From the IMG/VR virus record IMGVR_UViG_3300045988_006050: DNA of 39,849 nt; one strand, 5' to 3'. Position numbers and translations under genes: made by a program. Of the stretch, positions 15,241 to 23,808 are shown piece after piece. The stretch's first letter is position 1. Each line of letters begins with the position of its first letter. Under the pieces are notes generated by a model. The model was not told where the DNA came from. It searched no databases and saw nothing but the letters and a program-made list of their open reading frames with translations. This stretch comes from a virus.

Positions 15241-15462
15241 ATGGAAGTAAAGAGCTTGAAATTAGATAGCATTACGCCTTATGGGAAGAATGCAAAGAAA
15301 CACGATAAACGGCAGATCAACAACGTTGCAGAAAGCATCAAGCAGTACGGCTTTGTTCAGCCGATTGTAGTTGATCGGGACGGTGTGATTGTAATCGGTC
15401 ATTGCCGCGCTCTGGCGGCAAAGAAGCTGGGCATGGAAGAGAAGTGCCGTGCGTCTGCGTAG
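15241..15462 (+). CDS. ParB-like nuclease domain fragment (N-terminal part of a ParB-methyltransferase fusion, cut by a frameshift)
   Basis: AAGGAGGG SD. ...QPIVVDRDGVIVIGHCRALAAKKLGMEE, then a premature stop. The domain continues in the -1 frame. Confidence 0.75.
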   Translation: MEVKSLKLDSITPYGKNAKKHDKRQINNVAESIKQYGFVQPIVVDRDGVIVIGHCRALAAKKLGMEEKCRASA

Positions 15463-16436
15463 ATGATCTGACACCGGAGCAAGTGAACGCCCTGCGGCTG
15501 GTAGATAACAAAAGCAACGAGAGCGACTGGGACTTTGACCTGCTGTCGGTCGAACTGCCGGGGCTTGACCTGTCGGCTTTTGACTTTGACTGGGGACTTC
15601 GCGACGAGCTGAACGATTCCGTTGTGGAGGATGATTATGATCCTGTTCTTCCGGCAGAGCATAAGAGCAGACTTGGCGATGTATATCAGCTTGGAGATCA
15701 TCGCCTTATGTGCGGGGATAGCACGTCTTTGACAGACGTACAGAAGCTCGTAGGGGGGGCACAGATGGACTTGCTTCTCACGGACCCGCCGTACAATGTG
15801 GACTATCAGGGCGCCGCCGGTAAAATCAAAAACGACAACATGGAAGATACAGCATTCAGGCGATTTTTGACGGATGCCTTCTCCAATGCAGCAATGGTCA
15901 TGAAACCAGGTGCCCCGTTCTACATCTGGCACGCAGACAGTGAAGGGTATAACTTTCGCGGTGCGTGTAAAGACGCGATGCTGCGCGTCAGACAGTGCCT
16001 GATCTGGGTGAAGAACTCCCTTGTGATGGGGAGACAGGATTTCCAGTGGAAGCATGAACCTTGCCTCTATGGCGAGAGCGAAATCGAAGAGGAAGGGCAT
16101 GAACCGTGCCTTTACGGATGGACGGAAGGCAAGAAGCATTACTTCTTCAAAAACCGAAAGCAGACAACGGTGCTTAATTTTGATAAGCCGGTAAAGTCTG
16201 CGGAGCACCCGACCATGAAGCCGATTAAACTGTTCGACTACCAGATGCAATGTTCCAGCAAGCCGGGAGAGAATGTTCTTGATCTGTTCGCTGGCTCTGG
16301 CACAACGATCATGGCAGCGGAGCAGAACGGGAGGCATGCATATTGCATGGAGTTTGACCCAAAGTATGCCGATGTAATCATTGATCGTTGGGAGAAGTTC
16401 ACAGGGGATAAGGCGGTGCTTCTGAGTGACGGTTGA
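15444..16436 (+). CDS. DNA methyltransferase (N6-adenine/N4-cytosine, beta-class), C-terminal part of the ParB-MTase fusion
   Basis: VPCVCVDDLTPEQVNALRLVDNK (end of the ParB domain), TDPPYN motif IV, LDLFAGSGTT motif I. The open frame extends back to 15402. Confidence 0.85.
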   Translation: MPCVCVDDLTPEQVNALRLVDNKSNESDWDFDLLSVELPGLDLSAFDFDWGLRDELNDSVVEDDYDPVLPAEHKSRLGDVYQLGDHRLMCGDSTSLTDVQKLVGGAQMDLLLTDPPYNVDYQGAAGKIKNDNMEDTAFRRFLTDAFSNAAMVMKPGAPFYIWHADSEGYNFRGACKDAMLRVRQCLIWVKNSLVMGRQDFQWKHEPCLYGESEIEEEGHEPCLYGWTEGKKHYFFKNRKQTTVLNFDKPVKSAEHPTMKPIKLFDYQMQCSSKPGENVLDLFAGSGTTIMAAEQNGRHAYCMEFDPKYADVIIDRWEKFTGDKAVLLSDG

Positions 16437-16531
16437 AGAGGCACAGGGAATTATTGACAAAACAACCAGCCCGTATTTGAAGCGGGACATGGAGAAGTTT
16501 ATCAAACGCCAGAGGAGAAAGGAGGGCGGTT

Positions 16532-16885
16532 ATGGGGAGACCGAGAAAAGAAATAGACATGAAGCAGTTCGAGAACCTGTGCGCACTCCAATGCACACTC
16601 GAGGAAATCTGCGGGTGGTTCGGAATCACGGACAAAACGCTGGATTCATGGTGTAAACGGACATATGGCGCACTTTTCTCCGAAGTTTTCAGGCAAAAGC
16701 GCGGAGCAGGGAAAATTTCCTTACGAAGAAGCCAATGGAAGCTTGCGGAAAAGAATGCAAATATGGCAATCTGGCTAGGAAAACAGTACCTAGACCAGAC
16801 AGACGGAGCAAGCGAAAAGAGCGGAGACCCGGCAGCTTTGGCGGCTTTGATTCTGGCGCTCAAGGGCAACGGAAATGCAGATTAA
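16532..16885 (+). CDS. terS: Terminase small subunit
   Basis: AGGAGGG SD. N-terminal HTH (LEEICGWFGITDKTLDSWCK). ISLRRSQWKLAEKNANMAIWLGKQYLDQ. Immediately upstream of TerL. Confidence 0.8.
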   Translation: MGRPRKEIDMKQFENLCALQCTLEEICGWFGITDKTLDSWCKRTYGALFSEVFRQKRGAGKISLRRSQWKLAEKNANMAIWLGKQYLDQTDGASEKSGDPAALAALILALKGNGNAD

Positions 16886-18110
16886 TCCATTATCGAAAAA
16901 GCAACGGCAGATCATGGAGTTTGCACAGTCGGAGGATATGGCGCTGATCTGTGATGGCTCTGTCCGTTCCGGAAAAACAACAATTATGGCGTTGACGTTC
17001 GTCTTATGGGCGATGAATAACTACGATCATACGAATTTCGCCATTTGCGGGAAGACGGTTCAGGCGGCGGAAAGAAACATATTAAAGCCATTGATGGAGG
17101 TCGATGGGTTAGGCGCGGCTTTGTCGATGAGTTATAAAGTTTCGACGAGGATTCTCACGGTACGAAGCGGAAACAAGACAAACTGGTTTTATCTGTTCGG
17201 CGGCAAGGACGAAAGCTCGTATATGCTCATTCAGGGCATTACACTTGCGGGTGTGCTGTTCGACGAAGTGGCACTTATGCCGCGTTCGTTTGTGGAGCAG
17301 GCGCTTTCCCGTGCGATTTCGTTTGAACATCCGAAATACTTCTTCAACTGCAATCCGGAAAGCCCGAGCCATTGGTTCTACAAAGAGTGGATTGAGCGTC
17401 CGCGCGAGAACACGCAGCACATCCACTTCCTGCTGGAAGACAATCCAATTCTTACTCCGCAGATGATCGAGCGGACGAAAGGAATGTATTCCGGCGTATT
17501 CTACGACAGATACATTCTCGGGCGTTGGGTAATCGCAGAAGGGCTTGTGTATCCGATGTTTGGAGAAAACTGCATCGTGCATGATGGCCCGGATGACGGG
17601 GACTTTTACATTTCCATCGACTACGGAACGAGAAACCCGTTTTCCGCTGGGCTTTGGAGGGTCACGAAAAAATGCGCGGTTCGAGTGGCGGAAGTATATT
17701 ATTCCGGTCGAGCCGAACACCACCAGAAGACCGACGAAGAGTACTGCGACATGGTGGAACAGTTGGCGGGAGACAGAACAATATCGGCGGTCGTCGTAGA
17801 CCCTTCGGCAGCGTCGTTTATCGAAGCCTTGCGGAGACGCGGGCGGTTCAAAGTTAGGCACGCGGATAACGATGTAATGAACGGAATCCGAACCGTGTCT
17901 GCTTTTCTCAAAAATGGGAAAATAAAAATACACGAAAGCTGCGAGAACTCCATACGTGAATTTGGGCTGTACCGGTGGGACGACAAAGCAAGAGAAGATC
18001 AAGTTATAAAGGACAACGACCACGCGATGGACGATATTCGGTATATGGCTATGACGGTACTGAAAAAGGCGTTCAAAGAGCATTCGTTCGTGCCTGAACT
18101 GGCGCGGTGA
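16875..18110 (+). CDS. terL: Terminase large subunit (PBSX/Terminase_3-like)
   Basis: Walker A GSVRSGKT, Walker B-like VLFDEV, C-terminal nuclease region with DHAMDDIRY. Confidence 0.93.
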   Translation: MQINPLSKKQRQIMEFAQSEDMALICDGSVRSGKTTIMALTFVLWAMNNYDHTNFAICGKTVQAAERNILKPLMEVDGLGAALSMSYKVSTRILTVRSGNKTNWFYLFGGKDESSYMLIQGITLAGVLFDEVALMPRSFVEQALSRAISFEHPKYFFNCNPESPSHWFYKEWIERPRENTQHIHFLLEDNPILTPQMIERTKGMYSGVFYDRYILGRWVIAEGLVYPMFGENCIVHDGPDDGDFYISIDYGTRNPFSAGLWRVTKKCAVRVAEVYYSGRAEHHQKTDEEYCDMVEQLAGDRTISAVVVDPSAASFIEALRRRGRFKVRHADNDVMNGIRTVSAFLKNGKIKIHESCENSIREFGLYRWDDKAREDQVIKDNDHAMDDIRYMAMTVLKKAFKEHSFVPELAR

Positions 18111-18118
18111 GGTAAAAG

Positions 18119-19477
18119 ATGAAAACATATCAGGATTTTTTAGAGGTTGCGGAAAAGTCTGACCGGGAACGGATGGAATTTGTTCTGTCCGCGATAAATA
18201 ATCACAAAGACTCGGATTTATACAAACGGGCGGTTATTGCGAAGGAGTATGACGCGCACCGGAATGTGACGATTGCTAATTTTCAAAAGCTGCTTTATAC
18301 ACTCAACGGGAAAGTCATTCCGGACAACTACAGTCCGAACTATAAGCTTCGGAGCAATTTCTTTGCAAATTTCATCACGCAGGAAACGCAGTATTTGCTT
18401 GGAAACGGCGTGACACTGAAAAAAGAGGAAAACAAAGCGAAGTTGGGCGCTGGGTTTGACACACGGCTCCAAGACGCAGCACACGACGCGCTTGTCGGCG
18501 GCGTTTCCTATGGTTTCTGGAATCTCGACCACCTTGAAGTGTTTGATGTGACAGAATTTGTTCCACTTCTGGATGAGGAAAACGGAGCGCTTCGGTCGGG
18601 CATTCGTTTCTGGCAAGTATGCACAAGCAAGCCGCTGCGTGCTACTCTCTTCGAACCTGACGGATTTACACAGTACATCCGACGGAGCGGGGAAGAAATG
18701 ATGATTTTGGAGCCGAAGCGCGGCTATGTGGCTGTGGAAGCGACTTCTGAGATTGACGGGACTGAACTTCTGGCGTATCAGAATTATCCGGGCTTCCCTA
18801 TTATTCCTATGTACGGGAACCGCGCAAAGCAGTCTGAACTGGTCGGACAGCGCGAGGCGATTGACTGCTACGATTTGATCAAATCCGGCTTTGCAAATAC
18901 GGTTGATGATGCCTCCGTTATTTACTGGACGATCTCCAATGCTGGCGGCATGGACGAGATCGATATGGCACGGTTCAAAGAGTCCATGCGGCGAATTGGC
19001 GTAGGTCTTGTGGACGATGACGGCGCGAAGGCGGAGGCTCATACGCTCACAATCCCGGTTGAAGCTCGGGAAGCGCTTCTTTCCAGAATCAGCGACGATC
19101 TGTACCGAGATTTTCAGATGTTGGACGTTACAAAACTGCAAGGAGGCCAGAAAACAGCAACGGAGATCAATGCGGCATATCAGTCGATGGATAACAAGGT
19201 CGATCAATTCGAATACTGCGTAATTGATTTCTTACAGGCGCTTTTCAAAATCGTTGGGATTGAGGATGAGCCATCTTTTACTCGCTCTAAGGTAACAAAT
19301 CAGCTGGAACAAACGCAGATGGTGCTTCTTGCGGCAAACTACCTCGATGATGAGACAATTTTGAACAAGCTCCCGTGGCTGACGCAGGAAGAAGTCGCCG
19401 GAATTCTGAAAAGAAAAGCGGCAGAGGATATTGAGCGCAGCTTCGACCCGCCGGAGATGGTGAACGATGAGACCTGA
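18119..19477 (+). CDS. Portal protein (SPP1 gp6-like)
   Basis: 452 aa, directly after TerL, with an acidic C-terminus typical of portals. Confidence 0.85.
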   Translation: MKTYQDFLEVAEKSDRERMEFVLSAINNHKDSDLYKRAVIAKEYDAHRNVTIANFQKLLYTLNGKVIPDNYSPNYKLRSNFFANFITQETQYLLGNGVTLKKEENKAKLGAGFDTRLQDAAHDALVGGVSYGFWNLDHLEVFDVTEFVPLLDEENGALRSGIRFWQVCTSKPLRATLFEPDGFTQYIRRSGEEMMILEPKRGYVAVEATSEIDGTELLAYQNYPGFPIIPMYGNRAKQSELVGQREAIDCYDLIKSGFANTVDDASVIYWTISNAGGMDEIDMARFKESMRRIGVGLVDDDGAKAEAHTLTIPVEAREALLSRISDDLYRDFQMLDVTKLQGGQKTATEINAAYQSMDNKVDQFEYCVIDFLQALFKIVGIEDEPSFTRSKVTNQLEQTQMVLLAANYLDDETILNKLPWLTQEEVAGILKRKAAEDIERSFDPPEMVNDET

Positions 19478-20894
19478 TAAGGGATACGACCTCACCGAAA
19501 AAGAGTTAAAGGCGCTCGAAAAGCGGATATATGATTCTTACAAAGAAGCGTATGACGGTCTGACGGACATCATCAAAGAGTATTTCACAAAGTTCGCAGA
19601 CCGTGACGAAGCCGAAAAGGCACGGATGGACGCTGGCGATATCACAGAGGAACAATACAAGCAATGGCGGCTTGCACAGATCGGGCGTGGAAAGCGCTTT
19701 GAGGCGCTACGGGATAAGGTCGCAGAGCGCATGACAAATGCAAACGCTGCTGCTGTTGCGTATGTCAACGATGCAACGCCGGGCATTTACAGTTTGAATC
19801 GGAATTTCGCGGCGTACACCATTGAGCAGGTGACCGGCGATGTCGGATTTGATTTATGGGACGAACAGACTGTAAAGCGCTTGATCGTGGAACAGCCGGA
19901 GCTTATGCCGTATTACCCGCCGAAAAGAGCGTTAAAACGTGGAATTGATCTTGCATGGGGCAAAAAGCAGATCACAGCCAGCGTCACAAGCTCCATTTTG
20001 CAGGGCAAGAGCATTAAGCACATGGCAGACGATCTACAATCCAGAATTGTCACCATGAACCGCGATTCCGCTATCCGAACAGCTCGAACGGCAGTCACGG
20101 GTGCGCAGAACGCCGGACGGATGGATTCTTACTTTACAGCTGAAAAGATGGGGATTAAATGCCGCAAAGAGTGGATGGCAACGTTTGATGGCAGGACGCG
20201 CCATTCTCACGCGATGCTCGATGGTGAAATCGTGGATAACGATAAGAAGTTTTCTAATGGTTGCCGTTTCCCAGGAGACCCGCAAGGAAGACCGGAAGAA
20301 ATATACAACTGCCGCTGCACGCTGGTATCTGCGATAGAGGGAATTGACACATCCAGAGGACAGCGCCGCGCCAGAAATCCTGAGACAGGGCAAAATGAGC
20401 TGATTGAAAATATGACTTATGCCGAGTGGGCAGGGTGGAAGCAAAAAATAAATAAAGTTGCAAACGCCGTAGATTCTGCTACAATAAAAAGAAAACTTGG
20501 CAAGGGCGGCGAAGGTGTGCAAACGATTGGTCGAATCGATAGAGATACATATAGCGTGGTGTCTTCCGCCATACGAACCGATGAAGTGATTATATCGGAT
20601 GAGCGAATAAAGCACATTATGGATCATCATCCAAATGACTATGAGCGTTATGCACACTACATAGGCGAGATGCTGGAAAAACCGCAATATATTCTCGACG
20701 ATCCAGTCCCAAATACGGCAGTCATATTACATGAGTTCCTAGAACCCAATGAGCACTTCCGGTTGATCTTGAAACTTGCGGTAATAGGAGATGAAGAACA
20801 CAAAAAGAATTCTGTTATTACATTTTTGAAGATCAGCGAGAAAAAATTCAAAAAGTATTTGAGAAACAAAAAAATACTTTACAAAACAGAATAA
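19467..20894 (+). CDS. Minor head protein (MuF/SPP1 gp7-like) with C-terminal nuclease-like (PBECR-type) extension
   Basis: GRTRHSHAMLDG...FPGDP...YNCRCTL MuF motif. AT-rich C-terminal ~125 aa: IISDERIKHIMDHHPNDYERY...PNTAVILHEF...FRLILKL...NSVITFL. Confidence 0.85.
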   Translation: MRPDKGYDLTEKELKALEKRIYDSYKEAYDGLTDIIKEYFTKFADRDEAEKARMDAGDITEEQYKQWRLAQIGRGKRFEALRDKVAERMTNANAAAVAYVNDATPGIYSLNRNFAAYTIEQVTGDVGFDLWDEQTVKRLIVEQPELMPYYPPKRALKRGIDLAWGKKQITASVTSSILQGKSIKHMADDLQSRIVTMNRDSAIRTARTAVTGAQNAGRMDSYFTAEKMGIKCRKEWMATFDGRTRHSHAMLDGEIVDNDKKFSNGCRFPGDPQGRPEEIYNCRCTLVSAIEGIDTSRGQRRARNPETGQNELIENMTYAEWAGWKQKINKVANAVDSATIKRKLGKGGEGVQTIGRIDRDTYSVVSSAIRTDEVIISDERIKHIMDHHPNDYERYAHYIGEMLEKPQYILDDPVPNTAVILHEFLEPNEHFRLILKLAVIGDEEHKKNSVITFLKISEKKFKKYLRNKKILYKTE

Positions 20895-20922
20895 CAGGGC
20901 TATACTTGAAGTAGAATAGAAT

Positions 20923-21074
20923 GGTTCTCTGAGGTAGAGATTTAGTGTCGCTACACACCTTTCTCGGAAGTCTATCAAGCTTACAAGGAAGGTTAGCAAG
21001 AGATGCGGGGACAGGCACACCCGCCAGAGAACCAACATTCTTTTGAGGGCTGTCTTCGGATAGCCCTCTTTCTT
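20923..21074 (+). ncRNA. Candidate structured RNA (closing 9-bp helix + internal stems) ending in a UUCG-loop terminator
   Basis: ggttctctg(20923-20931) pairs with cagagaacc(21025-21033). Internal stem gcggg/cccgc. Terminator at 21045-21074. No ORF. Confidence 0.35.
21045..21074 (+). terminator. Rho-independent terminator
   Basis: gagggctgtc-TTCG-gatagccctc 10-bp stem (one G-U pair) followed by tttctt. Confidence 0.7.
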
Positions 21075-21094
21075 GCATTATGGGAGGATAGCGA

Positions 21095-21493
21095 GTGAAC
21101 GTTGAATTTATCGACAATTCGGAAGAAGTGAAGTCCGCTATGCACGACGCGCTGATTCGCGCTCTCGAAAAGATCGGCATGACGGCTGAAAAGTACGCGA
21201 AGCGGCTTTGCCCAGTGGACACCGGAAATCTGAGGAACAGTATCACTCACCGCGTAGATGAAGGGGAACCGGCTGCATACATCGGAAGTGACACGGAATA
21301 TGCCGCATACGTCGAACTCGGAACCGGTAAGTATTATCCGGGCGGAAGACCTACGCCGTGGGCGTATCAGGACGCAAAGGGGAAATGGCACTGGACGGCG
21401 GGCAATAAAGCACAGCCGTATTTGAAGCCCGCAGCGGCGGACCATGCATCCGAATACCGGCAGATCGTAGAGGATGAATTGAAAAATGGCTGA
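21095..21493 (+). CDS. HK97 gp10-like head-tail/tail-completion family protein
   Basis: GTG start with a GGGAGG SD. PVDTGNLRNSI...YAAYVELGTG...AQPYLKPA pattern. Confidence 0.7.
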   Translation: MNVEFIDNSEEVKSAMHDALIRALEKIGMTAEKYAKRLCPVDTGNLRNSITHRVDEGEPAAYIGSDTEYAAYVELGTGKYYPGGRPTPWAYQDAKGKWHWTAGNKAQPYLKPAAADHASEYRQIVEDELKNG

Positions 21494-21513
21494 AAGTTTG
21501 CGTAAGAGAGCCT
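21493..21513. repeat. Exact 21-bp repeat AAAGTTTGCGTAAGAGAGCCT, copy 2
   Basis: Identical to 15054-15074. Lies between the gp10-like stop codon and a terminator. Confidence 0.9.
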
Positions 21514-21530
21514 AAAATATGCGGTATAAA

Positions 21531-21569
21531 TGTGGTAACAGTGAAGAAACGACTGTTGCCACATTTTTT
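21531..21569 (+). terminator. Rho-independent terminator
   Basis: 12-bp stem tgtggtaacagt/actgttgccaca (one G-U pair) and T6 at 21564-21569. Confidence 0.75.
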
Positions 21570-21616
21570 GTTCTGTCGCGGCAAAGAACCGCCGACAAGG
21601 GAAAGGGAGATAGAAC

Positions 21617-22207
21617 ATGGCATTAACAAGGAAGCTCCTAAAGGGAATGGGGCTGACGGAAGAGCAGATGGACACGATCATTGAGGCGCACACCGATACC
21701 GTAGACGGGCTGAAAAGCGATCTCGCGCGGTATAAGGCAGACGCTGAAAAGCTCCCCGGAGTACAGGCGGAGTTGGAAAACCTGAAAGCCAAAGGCGACG
21801 ATGGCTGGAAGGATAAGCACGACAAGGTCAAAAAGGAATTTGACGACTACAAAAGAGAGCAGATGCAGAAGGAAACCAAGAGCGCGAAGGAATCCGCGTA
21901 TCGGGAACTTTTGAAGTCTGCGGGTATCAGCGAAAAGCGCATTGATTCGGTTTTGAAGGTCACCGATCTTTCTTCGGTTGAATTGGAAGACGGCAAAATC
22001 AAGAACGCCGATGATTTGAAGAAGTCCATCAAGGAAGAGTGGGCAGATTTCGTTGTTACCACGAAACAGAAGGGCGCGGACACCAAAGACCCGCCCGCAA
22101 ACAACGGCGGCGCTATGAGCCGGGACGACATCTTTAAGATCAAGGATGCTTCTGAACGGCAGGCAGCAATCGCCGCAAATCTCAATTTGTTCGGAAAGGA
22201 AGAATAA
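21617..22207 (+). CDS. Scaffolding protein
   Basis: Charged coiled-coil 196-aa protein immediately upstream of the major capsid gene. Confidence 0.8.
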   Translation: MALTRKLLKGMGLTEEQMDTIIEAHTDTVDGLKSDLARYKADAEKLPGVQAELENLKAKGDDGWKDKHDKVKKEFDDYKREQMQKETKSAKESAYRELLKSAGISEKRIDSVLKVTDLSSVELEDGKIKNADDLKKSIKEEWADFVVTTKQKGADTKDPPANNGGAMSRDDIFKIKDASERQAAIAANLNLFGKEE

Positions 22208-22208
22208 T

Positions 22209-23372
22209 ATGGCAGCAAAAAACAACCTGACCATGACGAGCGACGTTCAGGTAACCGCTCGCGAAATCGATTTTGTAACCCGCTTTGCGCGGAACTGGCA
22301 GCACCTGCGCGACATTCTCGGCATTATGCGCCCCATCAAAAAGCAGCCGGGTACCGTTCTGAAATCCAAGACTGCGAGCGTCACGCTTGCGCAGAGCGTC
22401 GGCGAGGGCGAAGAGATCCCCTACTCCAAAGCGACGGTCATCGAGAAGGACTATGCGAACATCAACGTCGAAAAGTACGCAAAGGCGGTCTCCATCGAGG
22501 CAATCAAGGAATACGGCTATGATGTCGCAGTCGCGATGACAGACGAAGCTTTCCTGTATGAGCTTCAGACCAACGTCACGAACCGGTTCTACGACTACCT
22601 GAATACCGGCCTTCTGAGCGTCAGCGAAACCAACTGGCAGCGTGCGCTTGCGATGGCGAAAGGCGCTGTTATCAACAAGTTCAAGCAGATGCACAGAACC
22701 GCGACAAACGTTGTCGGTTTTGTGAACGTCATGGACTTGTATGACTACCTCGGCGGCGCTGATATCACCATCCAGACTGAGTTCGGCTTCCAGTACATCA
22801 AGAACTTCATGGGCTACAGCACCGTGTTCCTGCTGTCTGACGAAGAAATCAAGCGCGGTCGTGTCATTGCGACTCCGGTTGAGAACATCGTTCTGTACTA
22901 CATCGACCCGGCTGACAGCGATTTCGCCCGTGCCGGTCTTGACTACAGAACTGATGGCGAAACAAACCTGGTTGGTTTCCACGTGCAGGGCAACTACTCC
23001 ACGGCGGTCTCCGAGTCCTTTGCGATCATGGGCATGACCCTGTTCGCGGAGTATCAGGACGGCATTGCCGTTGCTGACATTGACGAGACCCCGTCGCTCG
23101 GCACACTGACCGTTACTTCGGCAGCCGGAACCGCAACCGGCGACACGAAGATCACAGTCAACCCGGCGAAGGAAACATCTGGGAATGTCTACAAGTACAA
23201 GGTAGGCGATTCGGCTGAGACTGTGACCTATGGTCAGAATGTCAGAACGTGGTCGACGTGGGACGGCAAGTCCGATATCACGGCAGCGACGGGCAAGAAG
23301 ATCACAGTCGTTGAGGCTGACGCGACTTATAAGGCGCAGAAGGCTGGCAATGCGACGGTAACGGCGAAGTAA
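22209..23372 (+). CDS. Major capsid protein with C-terminal Ig-like domain
   Basis: Position after the scaffold gene. 387 aa. C-terminal GTLTVTSAAGTATGDTKITVNP...KITVVEADATYKAQKAGNATVTAK Ig-like repeat. Confidence 0.85.
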   Translation: MAAKNNLTMTSDVQVTAREIDFVTRFARNWQHLRDILGIMRPIKKQPGTVLKSKTASVTLAQSVGEGEEIPYSKATVIEKDYANINVEKYAKAVSIEAIKEYGYDVAVAMTDEAFLYELQTNVTNRFYDYLNTGLLSVSETNWQRALAMAKGAVINKFKQMHRTATNVVGFVNVMDLYDYLGGADITIQTEFGFQYIKNFMGYSTVFLLSDEEIKRGRVIATPVENIVLYYIDPADSDFARAGLDYRTDGETNLVGFHVQGNYSTAVSESFAIMGMTLFAEYQDGIAVADIDETPSLGTLTVTSAAGTATGDTKITVNPAKETSGNVYKYKVGDSAETVTYGQNVRTWSTWDGKSDITAATGKKITVVEADATYKAQKAGNATVTAK

Positions 23373-23385
23373 TGGAGGTGGCGGT

Positions 23386-23808
23386 GTGATGCTGACTGAA
23401 TTATGTGGCGTGCTTCGGAACTGGTTTGAAACTGACAGAATCAGTGGCACGTACACGGTCGAAAACGGCAGCATCACACTGCCGTTTTTGCAAAACGGAC
23501 AGTTTTTCCGTGTGGTGGGCTCTGTTTTCAACGACGGAGTTCACCAATACCCGGATTACGCGATGGCAGACGAGACATTTGACGGCTCTATATGGCCGAT
23601 GTCTGTTCCTCCTGCACTTCTCTGCTTGGGAGAGGAAATCAAGGCGTGGCAGGAAAAGAACGGAGACATCGCCGCGAGCCCGTACACGTCGGAGAGTTTC
23701 GGCGGGTACAGCTATTCGAAAACGACTAGCGGGTCTGCAACCGGCGCTGGAATGGTAACATGGCAGTCTGTTTTTAAGTCGCGCCTGAACCAATGGAGGA
23801 AGATATGA
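23386..23808 (+). CDS. Head-tail connector/adaptor candidate
   Basis: Position and size; GGAGG SD. Confidence 0.55.
   Translation: MMLTELCGVLRNWFETDRISGTYTVENGSITLPFLQNGQFFRVVGSVFNDGVHQYPDYAMADETFDGSIWPMSVPPALLCLGEEIKAWQEKNGDIAASPYTSESFGGYSYSKTTSGSATGAGMVTWQSVFKSRLNQWRKI

Noticed and set aside
16452-16465. 14-nt exact match (TATTGACAAAACAA) to the early promoter/operator at 3872-3885, located upstream of terS
   Set aside because: A few chance 14-mer matches are expected in 40 kb of this composition. No good -10 element follows it, so it is not reported as a promoter.
15399-16505. 368-aa minus-strand ORF antisense to the ParB-MTase gene
   Set aside because: Arg/Cys/Leu/His-rich low-complexity translation with no SD. 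It is fully antisense to a gene with clear methyltransferase motifs.
16426-16656. 76-aa ORF (GTG start) overlapping the MTase stop and 125 nt of terS
   Set aside because: Only the first ~35 codons look protein-like. The rest is an out-of-frame reading of terS, which has an excellent SD. It may be a short leader peptide at most.
17109-18128. 339-aa minus-strand ORF antisense to terL
   Set aside because: The sense strand encodes a terminase with Walker motifs. The antisense product is Arg/Phe/His-rich with no recognisable domain or SD.
18218-19207. 329-aa minus-strand ORF antisense to the portal gene
   Set aside because: Same reasoning. This is an antisense shadow ORF with an implausible composition.
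22182-23531. 449-aa minus-strand ORF antisense to the major capsid gene
   Set aside because: It is the longest shadow ORF in the window. It is Arg/Val/Asp-rich, and the sense strand is a well-supported capsid gene in the conserved order.
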